Below, one piece after another: positions 1 through 8,644 of a DNA stretch of 32,876 nucleotides (its first letter is position 1; every line of letters begins with the position of its first letter). The translations under genes were made by a program, and so were the position numbers. Source of the DNA: a virus (Duplodnaviria > Heunggongvirae > Uroviricota > Caudoviricetes); the IMG/VR virus record IMGVR_UViG_3300047163_000032, positions 1 to 32,876 of that record. One strand, given 5' to 3'. The notes under the pieces are model-generated. The model had not been told where the DNA came from, ran no database searches, and saw only the letters and a list, made by a program, of their open reading frames with translations.

Positions 1-228
1 TCCGCCAGCGCGACAGGGTGGAGAGGAGCCGCCATAGTCACTGGAATCAATGGCAAGGTTCGCGCAGGAGAGTATGGCTGCATCGCTCTCGCATGGTGGA
101 ACGCCAAAGAACAACGCACCGAGATGCGGTGCGCTCTTGTCGGCAAGAACAAGACTTGCAAACCGGGAGTTTGGTACACGTTGAACAAGCAAGGAAAATT
201 CGTCAAGGCGGAGGTGGGCAATGAATAA
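1..228 (+). CDS. 3' end of a phage protein (Gly/Ala-rich 'ASATG' repeat family, DUF7666-like), truncated by the window edge
   Basis: Frame 1 reads SASATGWRGAAIVTG...CKPGVWYTLNKQGKFVKAEVGNE*. The K-P-x-x-WY-x-L...G-x-FV C-terminus is typical of this family. Not in the ORF track. Confidence 0.6.
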   Translation, partial: SASATGWRGAAIVTGINGKVRAGEYGCIALAWWNAKEQRTEMRCALVGKNKTCKPGVWYTLNKQGKFVKAEVGNE

Positions 229-400
229 TACCATCCACCAGAATCGCGCAGTGGTTTGCGTTCGAATCGCGTGTCGGCTCATCTACGAGCAGAACGAAAC
301 GCAGTGTTGCCCCGGCTGCGGGTATCAGGGAATCTTGTTCTCCGAGATCGAGCGGTACATCACGGAAACCCCTATTTCAACGTATGTGAGGAGTAGATAA
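221..400 (+). CDS. Small Cys-containing hypothetical protein (59 aa, possible Zn ribbon)
   Basis: GAGGTG RBS and ATG at 221. Reads MNNTIHQNRAVVCVRIACRLIYEQNETQCCPGCGYQG...; fills the gap before bet. Confidence 0.6.
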   Translation: MNNTIHQNRAVVCVRIACRLIYEQNETQCCPGCGYQGILFSEIERYITETPISTYVRSR

Positions 401-402
401 AT

Positions 403-1563
403 ATGGCAACGACCGCACTCGCAGTACAGCAACCGCCTCGCCGCAGTCTCTTGATGAAGATGGCAAACCACTACGAGATGGAGCCGGACGCTTTTAAGAA
501 CGTGCTGCTGAAGACGGTCTTTCCGCAGGACAAGCAGGTGACCAACGAGCAGTTGGCCGCGTTCTGCATCGTCGCCAACCAATACAACCTAAATCCGATC
601 ACGAAGGAAATCTACGCTTTCCCCGCCAAGGGCGGCGGAATCATTCCGGTTTTGTCCATCGACGGTTGGATCACCTTGATCCAGCGCCAGCCGAGTTACA
701 ACGGCCACAAGTTCGTATACGAGTGGAAGGACGGCAAGCCTGGCAGCGAGATCATTTCCTGCACTTGCGTGATCTACCGCAAGGGCTTCGAGTTTCCGCT
801 GGAGTTCACCGAGTATTTCGTCGAGTGCGTTCGATTAACGGACGTTTGGAAGTCTAAGCCGGTGCGGATGTTGACCCACAAAACCTATATCCAAGCGGCG
901 CGGTACGCTTTTGGTTTGAGTGGCATCTACGACGAGGACGAGGCGGAACGGATTCTGGAGTCGGAGAAAGCGACTCCGGTTCGGCCAGCGGTGCAGACCC
1001 CCCAGCGCGTCCAAACGGTTGAGGCGAAGCCAGTCCAACAATCGGACGTCCCGAAGGGAGAAATTCCGCAGAAGACGGTGGAAACGCCAAAGCAGACCAT
1101 TGAGGATCGCGTTGCCCAAGCATCCACCATTGGGTGGAACCAGCGGCAGGCCGAAGCGCAGCGGGTTGCCGAGGATGGTCACCCGGAAGAAGCAGAGGCA
1201 ATTCTTGCGGACGATGGTATTCCGGAAGGGGCCGAGGACGTTGCCGACCTCATTGACTCCGATGGACAGGTCAACAACCCTTTGTCTGAGATGGTGGAGT
1301 CCGGGACGCTGAAGAAGGCCAGCGAAATCGAATCCCCAAAGCCGGGCACCATCGGCAAGGGGTTGGCAAGGCGGCTGCATACTGCCTTGTCAATGAACGG
1401 AAAGAAGACGGGGTGGACCGAGGCCCGGTTCAGGAAAGAAATTCTTGAAGACAATCCGGCGTTGAAGCATATCGTTCACTTCTCGGATATTCCGAAAAAA
1501 GATTACGAGATGTATCGGATGTACGACATCGCAGTCGGGCAGTTCGACCCCAACGCGGAGTAA
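403..1563 (+). CDS. bet: Red-beta/RecT-family single-strand annealing recombinase
   Basis: IVANQYNLNPITKEIYAFP..GGGIIPVLSIDGW and W..KPVRML.HK..IQAARYAFGLSGIYDEDEAERI closely parallel lambda Bet motifs; long low-complexity C-terminal extension. Confidence 0.92.
   Translation: MATTALAVQQPPRRSLLMKMANHYEMEPDAFKNVLLKTVFPQDKQVTNEQLAAFCIVANQYNLNPITKEIYAFPAKGGGIIPVLSIDGWITLIQRQPSYNGHKFVYEWKDGKPGSEIISCTCVIYRKGFEFPLEFTEYFVECVRLTDVWKSKPVRMLTHKTYIQAARYAFGLSGIYDEDEAERILESEKATPVRPAVQTPQRVQTVEAKPVQQSDVPKGEIPQKTVETPKQTIEDRVAQASTIGWNQRQAEAQRVAEDGHPEEAEAILADDGIPEGAEDVADLIDSDGQVNNPLSEMVESGTLKKASEIESPKPGTIGKGLARRLHTALSMNGKKTGWTEARFRKEILEDNPALKHIVHFSDIPKKDYEMYRMYDIAVGQFDPNAE
1033..1047. repeat. 15-bp palindromic site, copy 1
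   Basis: GTCCAACAATCGGAC, inside the bet linker. Confidence 0.85.
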
Positions 1564-1673
1564 AAGCAAGGGCCAAAAAGCGCGGTAATGGGCGGGGAAG
1601 GCAACAAGGGCGCGAAAGATACCGAGCCGCCAGCCCTACAGTTTTCAGACCAATCGAGGAAAGGCGGTAAAAA

Positions 1674-2516
1674 ATGGCAGTTGTGTGGACGAAGGGAATA
1701 GAGGTAACCAGAGGGACGGTTTACAGTTTTGATCCCGTTGACATCAAGGTAATCGCAACGCTCAACGGTCGGCACGAGCTTCCCGATATTGAGTGGTTGA
1801 TCGAAGACATGCTCAAGCCCGCAGGAGAGGGCGGCATCAAAGGGCAAATCCAGCCGATCATTGTTCGCAGCGACGGCGGAGCACCTACGCTCATTGCGGG
1901 TCATTCCCGGTGGAGGGCGGTATTCGAGATCAACAAGCGCAAGCTGACTCCGTTTCCCCTGCGGATCAACGCGGTCTACGAGAAGTGCAACGAGGAGGAG
2001 GGATTTATTCTCGGCATTTCCGAAAACCGCTTTCGGAACGCGACAACCGAGTTGGACGACGCGCACAACATCCGCATTCTGGAGAAGTTCGGCAAGACCG
2101 AGGAGGAGATCGCGAGGATTTACTTTCCTCATGCGAAGGATGACAAGGCGCTGAAGAGTGCTATCCATTGGGTGAAGCAGCGGCAGTCTCTTCTTCAGTT
2201 GGCTCCAGAGGCCAAGAAAGCGGTCAAGGAGGGCCGGATCAAGACGACTGCGGCTGTAGCCATCTCCAAGCTGTCCGCAGAGGCGCAGAAGGCGATTGTG
2301 GCCCGTCCAGGGAGCATCAAGGGTTCGGACTTGAAACCTTACTCCGTGCCGAAACCAGCGAAGGAGTCGAAGCAGACATCGTTCGATCCCCAGTTTCTTT
2401 CGCTTCAGACCGCGCTGGAGGCGTTGTTCGCCGAGTGTGACCAACAGAAGGACGTGATGGTGTACGAGGTTCACCGCGACACGCTGAGGGCCGTTAGGGA
2501 GGCATTCGGCAAGTGA
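1674..2516 (+). CDS. ParB/Srx N-terminal domain protein
   Basis: GQIQPIIVR..LIAGHSRWRA motif, then ISENRFR and a helical/HTH-like region, as in ParB-like phage proteins. Confidence 0.8.
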   Translation: MAVVWTKGIEVTRGTVYSFDPVDIKVIATLNGRHELPDIEWLIEDMLKPAGEGGIKGQIQPIIVRSDGGAPTLIAGHSRWRAVFEINKRKLTPFPLRINAVYEKCNEEEGFILGISENRFRNATTELDDAHNIRILEKFGKTEEEIARIYFPHAKDDKALKSAIHWVKQRQSLLQLAPEAKKAVKEGRIKTTAAVAISKLSAEAQKAIVARPGSIKGSDLKPYSVPKPAKESKQTSFDPQFLSLQTALEALFAECDQQKDVMVYEVHRDTLRAVREAFGK

Positions 2517-2776
2517 AGGTATTGAAGGATAGAGAATGGGCTGCGGTTTACACGCAGTGGAAATTGGATAACCCGGAACTCGCCGTTCTCAGTCAACGTT
2601 TGTCCCTAGTCAGGGGCTGTGTCAGAAAGGTTCTGTATGACAACCGGGAAGAGGCAATGAAGGTTATAGAGTTCATGCCGGTTTTCCCCGGCAAGGTGCT
2701 GCACTGCTACCTTTGCGAGATTTGCGCTCACTGGCACATAGGCAATACCAAACTGTGGTGGTTGAGGAGGAAGTAA
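2513..2776 (+). CDS. Hypothetical protein with C-terminal YxCxxCxxWH metal-binding motif
   Basis: HCYLCEICAHWHIG; GTGA overlap with the upstream gene. Confidence 0.6.
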   Translation: MKVLKDREWAAVYTQWKLDNPELAVLSQRLSLVRGCVRKVLYDNREEAMKVIEFMPVFPGKVLHCYLCEICAHWHIGNTKLWWLRRK

Positions 2777-3429
2777 TGCCATTCAATAGCGAATTCAAGA
2801 AGGTAGGGGAACTATATCTTCCAGCGTTCTCCGGTACTCGCGTGATGATGCTCCCGGTTATGCTTGGCGATGACGAGTCGATACCAGAGTTCTTGCACCA
2901 CTACAAGAACGCGGTCAGCGGTCTATTCCAGATGGCGGACGAGGATCACATCGGCAAAGTGGGATACCTCACCATCGACGAAAAAGCCGTCAAGCCGAAG
3001 GCCACTCACCGTAGAGCAGGTCTGCACGTTGACGGCGTGTATCAAGGCGAGTCGGGTGCTTGGGGTGGAGGGAAGGGAACCGGTGGCGGATGGGGAGCGC
3101 GTGGGGCAGGGATGCTCACTGTAGCGTCTCATCCGGGATGCAGGGCGTGGAACCAAGACTTTACCGGATGGCCGGGGTGGGAAGGCGAGTGTGACCACCT
3201 TGCGGAAGAACTTCAAGGCTTAGGAACGCTGTTCGGGGCTAACGAGGTCTACTGGGTGGATGGGATGTGTGTCCATGAATCTGTCCCGCAGCCGGTCGAG
3301 GTCAACCGCCAGTTTGTTCGCCTTTCGATGCCGAGCGATGCACCGTGGTTTGAATGCTACACGGTGAACCCGTTGGGAGTGATGCCGACTGGCGAGATAC
3401 TGCCACGGCGCGAGTTTATGAATCAGTAG
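2776..3429 (+). CDS. Putative 2-oxoglutarate/Fe(II)-dependent dioxygenase
   Basis: GAGGAGG RBS and ATG at 2776. HRRAGLHVDG (HxD), distal VHES (His) and NRQFVRL (Arg) give the facial-triad layout. Confidence 0.6.
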   Translation: MPFNSEFKKVGELYLPAFSGTRVMMLPVMLGDDESIPEFLHHYKNAVSGLFQMADEDHIGKVGYLTIDEKAVKPKATHRRAGLHVDGVYQGESGAWGGGKGTGGGWGARGAGMLTVASHPGCRAWNQDFTGWPGWEGECDHLAEELQGLGTLFGANEVYWVDGMCVHESVPQPVEVNRQFVRLSMPSDAPWFECYTVNPLGVMPTGEILPRREFMNQ

Positions 3430-3456
3430 TAAGACCAGACCAAGGAGGAAACAAAA

Positions 3457-3774
3457 ATGAAAGTCATAGGAACAGCAGCCGGTGGGAGGCTGCTGATAGA
3501 GGCAACCCGAAACGAGGTAGCGCGGTTGAGGGGCTACGACGACGAGTATTCGCTCAAGGACAAAAATCGCGGTTACGGCACAGAACCCGGCGACCAAATC
3601 GACATCGACGGACTGTACAAGCACGTTGTCCACATGAAGGCGATTGAGAAGCGGTTGCTCGAAGCCAAGGCTCAGATTGACCGAGCTTCGGAAGGGCTGC
3701 TTTTGGCTCACGACAAAATCCACACGGCCATGACCCCTGAACCGCCAACCTCGACAGATAAGGAGATTCACTGA
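3457..3774 (+). CDS. Hypothetical protein
   Basis: AGACCAAGGAGGA RBS; TGATG coupling to the next gene. Confidence 0.65.
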   Translation: MKVIGTAAGGRLLIEATRNEVARLRGYDDEYSLKDKNRGYGTEPGDQIDIDGLYKHVVHMKAIEKRLLEAKAQIDRASEGLLLAHDKIHTAMTPEPPTSTDKEIH

Positions 3775-3992
3775 TGGCACAGCGCCAATTGCAATTACCG
3801 CAGAGCAGCATGATTTCCGGGGCGACTTACGACGACGAGACCGGAGAGTTGCTGGTTTCATTCACCAATTCGGGAGCGGTCTACGCTGTTTCCAGCGTCG
3901 ATCCCGGCACGGTTCTCAACTTCGAGGGGGACTCCAGTCCGGGTAGGTTCTGGAACAGCAACTTTCGCGGCAGCGCCACACGGGTGAGCTAA
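3774..3992 (+). CDS. KTSC domain protein
   Basis: SSMISGATYD...LLVSFTNSGAVY.V..V......SSPGRFWNSNFR matches the KTSC pattern. Confidence 0.75.
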   Translation: MAQRQLQLPQSSMISGATYDDETGELLVSFTNSGAVYAVSSVDPGTVLNFEGDSSPGRFWNSNFRGSATRVS

Positions 3993-4633
3993 TGACGCAG
4001 CTCGTAAAAATCCCCGGTGGCACCTTTGAGGAGCAAGGACACCGCTATTGCGACGAGACCGGACAGCGATTGCTCTCGGTCACGTCACTCTTTGAATCGC
4101 TGGGGATGATCGACTACGCCGGGGCCAGTGAAGCGGTACTTCAGTGGAAGTCGGAACTCGGTGTCGCCGTTCATTCCGGGATCGAATATCTGACCGAGGG
4201 GACGCTGGATTGGGACACGGTTGATGAGAACGCCATGCCCTACATCATGTCGTTCGAGGACTGGGCAAGAGAGAGCGGGTATGTATCAACCGGGCGAGAG
4301 CAGCAGGGCATTTTGACGATCCACGGAATGAAATGCGGCTACCGCTACGACAACATTGGCACCATGATCTACAAGGGTCGCAAGCGGTGGGTCATGCTGG
4401 AGTTAAAAAACACCGTTAAATCTTCGCCAACGTGGAAGATTCAGACGGCGGCTTATACGATCCCGGCCCCGAAACTGGAGAACGGGGAGCAGTATCTTCG
4501 ATGCGCGTTGCAGCTTAGGCCGGACGCGCCAGCAATCCCTCACTACTACGAGGATGCGGAGGATGCGAGGTCGTTCGCTCACTTTCTGTACTGCGGGATT
4601 TGGAAACTAAACAACGGGTTCAAACTGAAGTAG
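3992..4633 (+). CDS. PD-(D/E)XK (RecB/Cas4-like) phage exonuclease
   Basis: LSVTS, G.AVHSGIE, YRYDNIG, LELK and W.IQTAAY motifs; sits in the same module as bet. Confidence 0.75.
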   Translation: MTQLVKIPGGTFEEQGHRYCDETGQRLLSVTSLFESLGMIDYAGASEAVLQWKSELGVAVHSGIEYLTEGTLDWDTVDENAMPYIMSFEDWARESGYVSTGREQQGILTIHGMKCGYRYDNIGTMIYKGRKRWVMLELKNTVKSSPTWKIQTAAYTIPAPKLENGEQYLRCALQLRPDAPAIPHYYEDAEDARSFAHFLYCGIWKLNNGFKLK

Positions 4634-4649
4634 ACCAAGGAGGACGCAA

Positions 4650-5438
4650 ATGGCAACAGCAGTCACAGATATCGCAGTTCGTTTGAAGTCGGAGATTCTC
4701 GGCCCCGAGTCTCCGTTCGAGGTGGAGCGTATCGCTCTGCGGCAGGAGTACCATCAGATTCTCGCAGGCGCGGCGAAGGTTGTGGTTACCGACCACACTA
4801 CCAAATCAATCGCTGTCGAGCACGGTCGTCTGTTGCAAGCGGCTTCGATCAAGTCCACCGAGTTTTTCAAGCGGTACAAGAAACAAATCGATGAGGTGAA
4901 GGACGTTGTTCTGGCGGCTGAGAAGTCGGACGTTGGAGCGATCACTTCCGAGAAGAGCAGGCTGGCGAACTCAATCAGCAAGTTCGATGCTGAAGAGTTG
5001 GCGAGAAAGCGCGAGCAGGAACGCAAAGACCGCGAGGAAGCGGAAAGGCTTCTGAGGGAAGAGCAGATTCAGCGAGCTATCGAACTTGAGCAGTCGGGCA
5101 ACAATCAGGAAGCGGAGCGCGTGCTTGAAGAGGAACCGATGCCTCTTCCGGTGATCCAGCAGCGCAGCACAGCCGCTCCGGTATCCGGTTTTGTGGGCCG
5201 CACGACATGGAAGGGGCGGCTGATCGGGTCGAACGATCCCGATATCGACACAGCCGAAAGGAAGGCGCGGCAGAGCCTGTTTGCCTTGGTCAAAGCCATT
5301 GCCAACGGTCAGGCCCCGCTGGAACTCATCAAGCTGGACGAATCGTTTCTCAACAAACAGGCGGCATCGTTTCGGCAGGGTTTGAACTACGTCGGATGCG
5401 AGGCTTACGAGGTCAAGTCGAGCAACTTTAGGGCGTAA
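4650..5438 (+). CDS. Coiled-coil hypothetical protein of the recombination module
   Basis: AGACCAAGGAGGA RBS; long E/R/K-rich helix and a G-R-T-T-W-K C-terminal segment. Confidence 0.65.
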   Translation: MATAVTDIAVRLKSEILGPESPFEVERIALRQEYHQILAGAAKVVVTDHTTKSIAVEHGRLLQAASIKSTEFFKRYKKQIDEVKDVVLAAEKSDVGAITSEKSRLANSISKFDAEELARKREQERKDREEAERLLREEQIQRAIELEQSGNNQEAERVLEEEPMPLPVIQQRSTAAPVSGFVGRTTWKGRLIGSNDPDIDTAERKARQSLFALVKAIANGQAPLELIKLDESFLNKQAASFRQGLNYVGCEAYEVKSSNFRA

Positions 5439-5570
5439 ATTTTTACGGCAGATGTCTTGCCGCCAGCCACTAACTGACCTTCCACGAGCCTATAGATCAA
5501 GTCAACTGGTGATTGAGTGCAGTTCGTTTAACGAAGGCTTTAAGGTGGCTGGCGAGAAGGCATAGGAGGA

Positions 5571-6068
5571 ATGACGATGAAGATTGAGATTGATTTGAAC
5601 GACATACTTGGCGACGAATATGGAGCGGAGACGCTACAGGAAAGTGTGCGCCGCCAAGTTATCGACAGCGTTTCTGCAACAGTAAAAAAAGGCGTGGGAG
5701 ATCGGATCGACAAAGCCGTTTCCGAGACAATTTCACAGAACCTAAACATCTACTTGCAAAAGGAGCTTCCCGCCCTTTGCGCCTCAATCATGGAGGCTGA
5801 ATACACGCCTATCAGCGATTACGGAAGCAAGGGAGAACCGACAACGCTCAGGAAGTCGCTGCTAAAGACGATCACATCCTCGATGGTCTACAAGCCGACA
5901 ACGTACAGCAGCGACAAGAACGCTTTTACGAAGGCTGTGGATGCCGTGGTGGAATCGCAGTTAGCCATTTTCAAGGCTGATTTCAACAAGACCGTCGATG
6001 CCACCTTCACCGCCGCAGCAATGCAATACGCAACGCATACCTTGAAGAAAAAACTAGGCATTGAGTAG
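5571..6068 (+). CDS. Hypothetical protein
   Basis: AGGAGG RBS; 165 aa ORF. Confidence 0.65.
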   Translation: MTMKIEIDLNDILGDEYGAETLQESVRRQVIDSVSATVKKGVGDRIDKAVSETISQNLNIYLQKELPALCASIMEAEYTPISDYGSKGEPTTLRKSLLKTITSSMVYKPTTYSSDKNAFTKAVDAVVESQLAIFKADFNKTVDATFTAAAMQYATHTLKKKLGIE

Positions 6069-6093
6069 TAACGACATAAGGGAGGAGTCAAAA

Positions 6094-6423
6094 ATGGGAT
6101 ATACGCCGGGGCCTTGGGAAATCGAGCACAGCGATCAAGAGCCGGACAGCGACGGAAACTCGCACATCTGGATTCGTCCAAGCGAGTTTCGCTACGGTCG
6201 TGACTATCTTCGCGTTTCCGGATGGATGTCGGAAGAAAACGCCCGGATCATCTCAGCGGCTCCAGACTTGCTTGAGGCGCTGATTATGGTTCGGGACGCG
6301 GACGAGGATTGCAAACGCGACGGTTTGCCAACGATCCCGAACCCTGCCCGATGGAAAATCGACGCCGCAATCGCAAAGGCAGTCCAACAGTTGGACGGAG
6401 GCGACCATGCCGGACAGCATTAA
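6094..6423 (+). CDS. Phage 'TPGPW...AAPDLLEAL' family protein, copy 1
   Basis: GGAGGAG RBS and ATG at 6094; YTPGPW and NARIISAAPDLLEAL motifs. Confidence 0.75.
   Translation: MGYTPGPWEIEHSDQEPDSDGNSHIWIRPSEFRYGRDYLRVSGWMSEENARIISAAPDLLEALIMVRDADEDCKRDGLPTIPNPARWKIDAAIAKAVQQLDGGDHAGQH
6382..6396. repeat. 15-bp palindromic site, copy 2
   Basis: GTCCAACAGTTGGAC, abutting the RBS of the DGQHR/ParB-like gene. Confidence 0.9.
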
Positions 6424-7441
6424 GATGATAAACGCGGCACTTGACGAAGAAGGAAGTGAAATTATTCTTCGCGGGGTGATCGACCCGGTATCGCTTCAGA
6501 GTTTGCTTGTGGACGACTACCAGCGGGAGATTCTTCCTTCATCGCGCATCCGGGAACTCGTCAAAGGCTTTGACAGGGGCGGAGTTCCGGACATTGAACT
6601 TGGAATGCGCGGCGGTTCATTCATTGAGAGAGAGGGGAACTTCTATCTCCAGAACCAGGTCTATATCATCGACGGTTTGCAACGGAGAACTGCCGCTGTC
6701 GAATTCATGCGAACCGGAAAGATTCCCCGGCTCGGGGCCACCGTTCACTTCAACACGTCCGCAGCGTGGGAGCGGGAGCGTTTCCGAATGTTGAACGTTT
6801 CCCGCGCCAAGCTATCAGCAAATGTCCTGCTTCGCAACGAGAGAGCGGAGAATCCCGCAATTGAGATGCTCTTTACTCTATGTAAAGACTCAACGTTTGC
6901 GCTTCATAACCGCGTGTCTTGGCAGCAGAATATGCGCCGGGACCACCTGATCGGCGGGAATTTGTTGGCGAAATCCGCAATGGCGCTGCATCGGCGGTTT
7001 CATGCAAACTTGATGTCTACCGACTACCGGACTTCGGCTGAGGCGTTGAAAAAACTCATGGCGAAGGTCGGCAGGACGGTCGTCAGGGAGAACATCAAGA
7101 GGTATTGGGAGTGCTTGGACGCTTGCTTTGATGTTCGCGCCACGGCTTACGCTGTGTCGGCTCCGTATCTGCGCGGCGGGTTCCTGCAAACATTGGGTAG
7201 CGTGTTTTCCTACCATCGAGACTTTTGGGCCGACGCCAACCTAGACGTTCCGAGGGAGATTCAAAAGAAACTCGCAACTTTTCCTATTCGAGACCCGCAC
7301 ATTTCTTCCCTGTGCTCGGCTTCCGGCAAGAGCAGGGCCATTCTGTACGACCTGATCGTCAAGCACATCAACAGCGGCAAACGGTCGAAGAAGATCGCAA
7401 GATTCGATGCCGTGGACACCCCAGAGGGAGATGAGGAGTGA
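6407..7441 (+). CDS. ParB-superfamily protein of DGQHR/DndB-like type
   Basis: DYQRE followed by YIIDGLQRRTA, then FRMLNVSRAKLS; GGAGG RBS. Confidence 0.6.
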   Translation: MPDSIKMINAALDEEGSEIILRGVIDPVSLQSLLVDDYQREILPSSRIRELVKGFDRGGVPDIELGMRGGSFIEREGNFYLQNQVYIIDGLQRRTAAVEFMRTGKIPRLGATVHFNTSAAWERERFRMLNVSRAKLSANVLLRNERAENPAIEMLFTLCKDSTFALHNRVSWQQNMRRDHLIGGNLLAKSAMALHRRFHANLMSTDYRTSAEALKKLMAKVGRTVVRENIKRYWECLDACFDVRATAYAVSAPYLRGGFLQTLGSVFSYHRDFWADANLDVPREIQKKLATFPIRDPHISSLCSASGKSRAILYDLIVKHINSGKRSKKIARFDAVDTPEGDEE

Positions 7442-7632
7442 AGAAGATTATTCACTTTGTTTTTTCGATATTTGTCCTCAACGCGATGTCTCTTGAAATG
7501 TGGTGCGCGGTAGGGCGGATGCAGCAGGACAATCTCTTGGGCTCTTTAGAATGGGTGGCTGTGGGCATGGGCACATTCGTGGTCTGGGTGATTGTCGGAA
7601 GGTGGTTAATGAAGGAGGGCTATGCCAAGTAG
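7438..7632 (+). CDS. Small membrane protein
   Basis: Two hydrophobic segments; GTGA overlap. Confidence 0.55.
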   Translation: MKKIIHFVFSIFVLNAMSLEMWCAVGRMQQDNLLGSLEWVAVGMGTFVVWVIVGRWLMKEGYAK

Positions 7633-7885
7633 GAAAAAAGACCCGTTGGAACCGGGTTTGCCGATGATCCAAAGGCTGTGCAGGCTGTATCGCGTCAGCG
7701 CACGGAAACTGGCGAGGGAGGTTAACTTGGCTCCGTCCACAATGGCTGAGATCGTCTTCAGGGGCCGCGTACCGAGCGGAGACACGGCGATTCTCATATC
7801 GAGGTACTTCCGCAAGTTGGGAAGGATCAACGACGATCTGGGGGAGTACAGCGTGGAAGCAATCTGGGGAGAATCTATCAAATGA
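7622..7885 (+). CDS. XRE/Cro-like helix-turn-helix protein
   Basis: VSARKLAREVNLAPSTMAEIVFRGRVPSGDTAILISRYF fits an HTH_3-like pattern. Confidence 0.65.
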   Translation: MPSRKKDPLEPGLPMIQRLCRLYRVSARKLAREVNLAPSTMAEIVFRGRVPSGDTAILISRYFRKLGRINDDLGEYSVEAIWGESIK

Positions 7886-8367
7886 TGAAAGTTCAATTCA
7901 CGGTGTACGCCAAGCCGGTCCCCCAAGGGAGCATGAAAGGCTTCGTCTTGCCGGGAAAGAACGGCGCGAAGGCCCGAGCCATCATCACCAGCGACAACAC
8001 CAAACTGAAACCGTACCGAGGCGAAGTCACACGAGAGGCGATGATGGCGCTGGCAAACGCGAACTTACAAGAGCCGATGGCCGAAAAACATGTCCCGGTG
8101 TCGATGACGATGGACTTCTATCTGGCACGACCGGCAAGCATCCCAAAAAGCCGCAAAGGCATGGTGGTAAAACCGGACATAGACAAGCTGGCCAGAGGCA
8201 CTATTGATTCACTTACGGGCATATTGTTCTGTGACGACGCGCAGATCGTAGAGATGTACGTCAGAAAACTTTATGGCTCACCAGAGCGCGTGGTGGTCAG
8301 CGTAGCAGTTATGGACGACTCGTTGCCCTTGGACGGTCAAACGAAGGGACTGGAGAAATTATGGTGA
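7882..8367 (+). CDS. rusA: RusA-family Holliday junction resolvase
   Basis: KPVPQGS...KPDIDKLARGTIDSLTGILFCDDAQIV. Confidence 0.9.
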   Translation: MMKVQFTVYAKPVPQGSMKGFVLPGKNGAKARAIITSDNTKLKPYRGEVTREAMMALANANLQEPMAEKHVPVSMTMDFYLARPASIPKSRKGMVVKPDIDKLARGTIDSLTGILFCDDAQIVEMYVRKLYGSPERVVVSVAVMDDSLPLDGQTKGLEKLW

Positions 8368-8627
8368 TTCAAAATCTTGAAGAAGGATGGAACAAGAATT
8401 GGATTAGCGTTGGGATTGCACTTCCACCGTTCGACGAAGACGTTTTGGTTATTGATGCGGAAGCAGGTGAGACGGCAATTAAGATGGGGTTTAGACCGCG
8501 TAATGCTGGTGGGGATTGGTGCGTATACGAGCTTCATGGTGCAGAAGGGGAATATTGCGAGATAACGTTTTGGATGCCACTCCCAGAACCTCCAACGCCT
8601 TTAACTTTAAGCAAGTTTGAGGTCTAG
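8361..8627 (+). CDS. DUF551-like phage protein
   Basis: WISV...LP...VLV...ITFWMPLPEPP. Confidence 0.75.
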   Translation: MVIQNLEEGWNKNWISVGIALPPFDEDVLVIDAEAGETAIKMGFRPRNAGGDWCVYELHGAEGEYCEITFWMPLPEPPTPLTLSKFEV

Positions 8628-8644
8628 CGAGATAGCGGAGGCAC

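Noticed and set aside
2806-2816. GGGAACTATAT matches the reverse complement of the putative IS end at 20333-20343
   Set aside because: Only 11 nt, inside a coding sequence, 17.5 kb away and with no transposase beside it; chance is likely.
7018-7032. TACCGACTACCGGAC and half-sites at about 19783 and 22138 as extra palindrome copies
   Set aside because: Three or more mismatches, including core positions, and no junction context.
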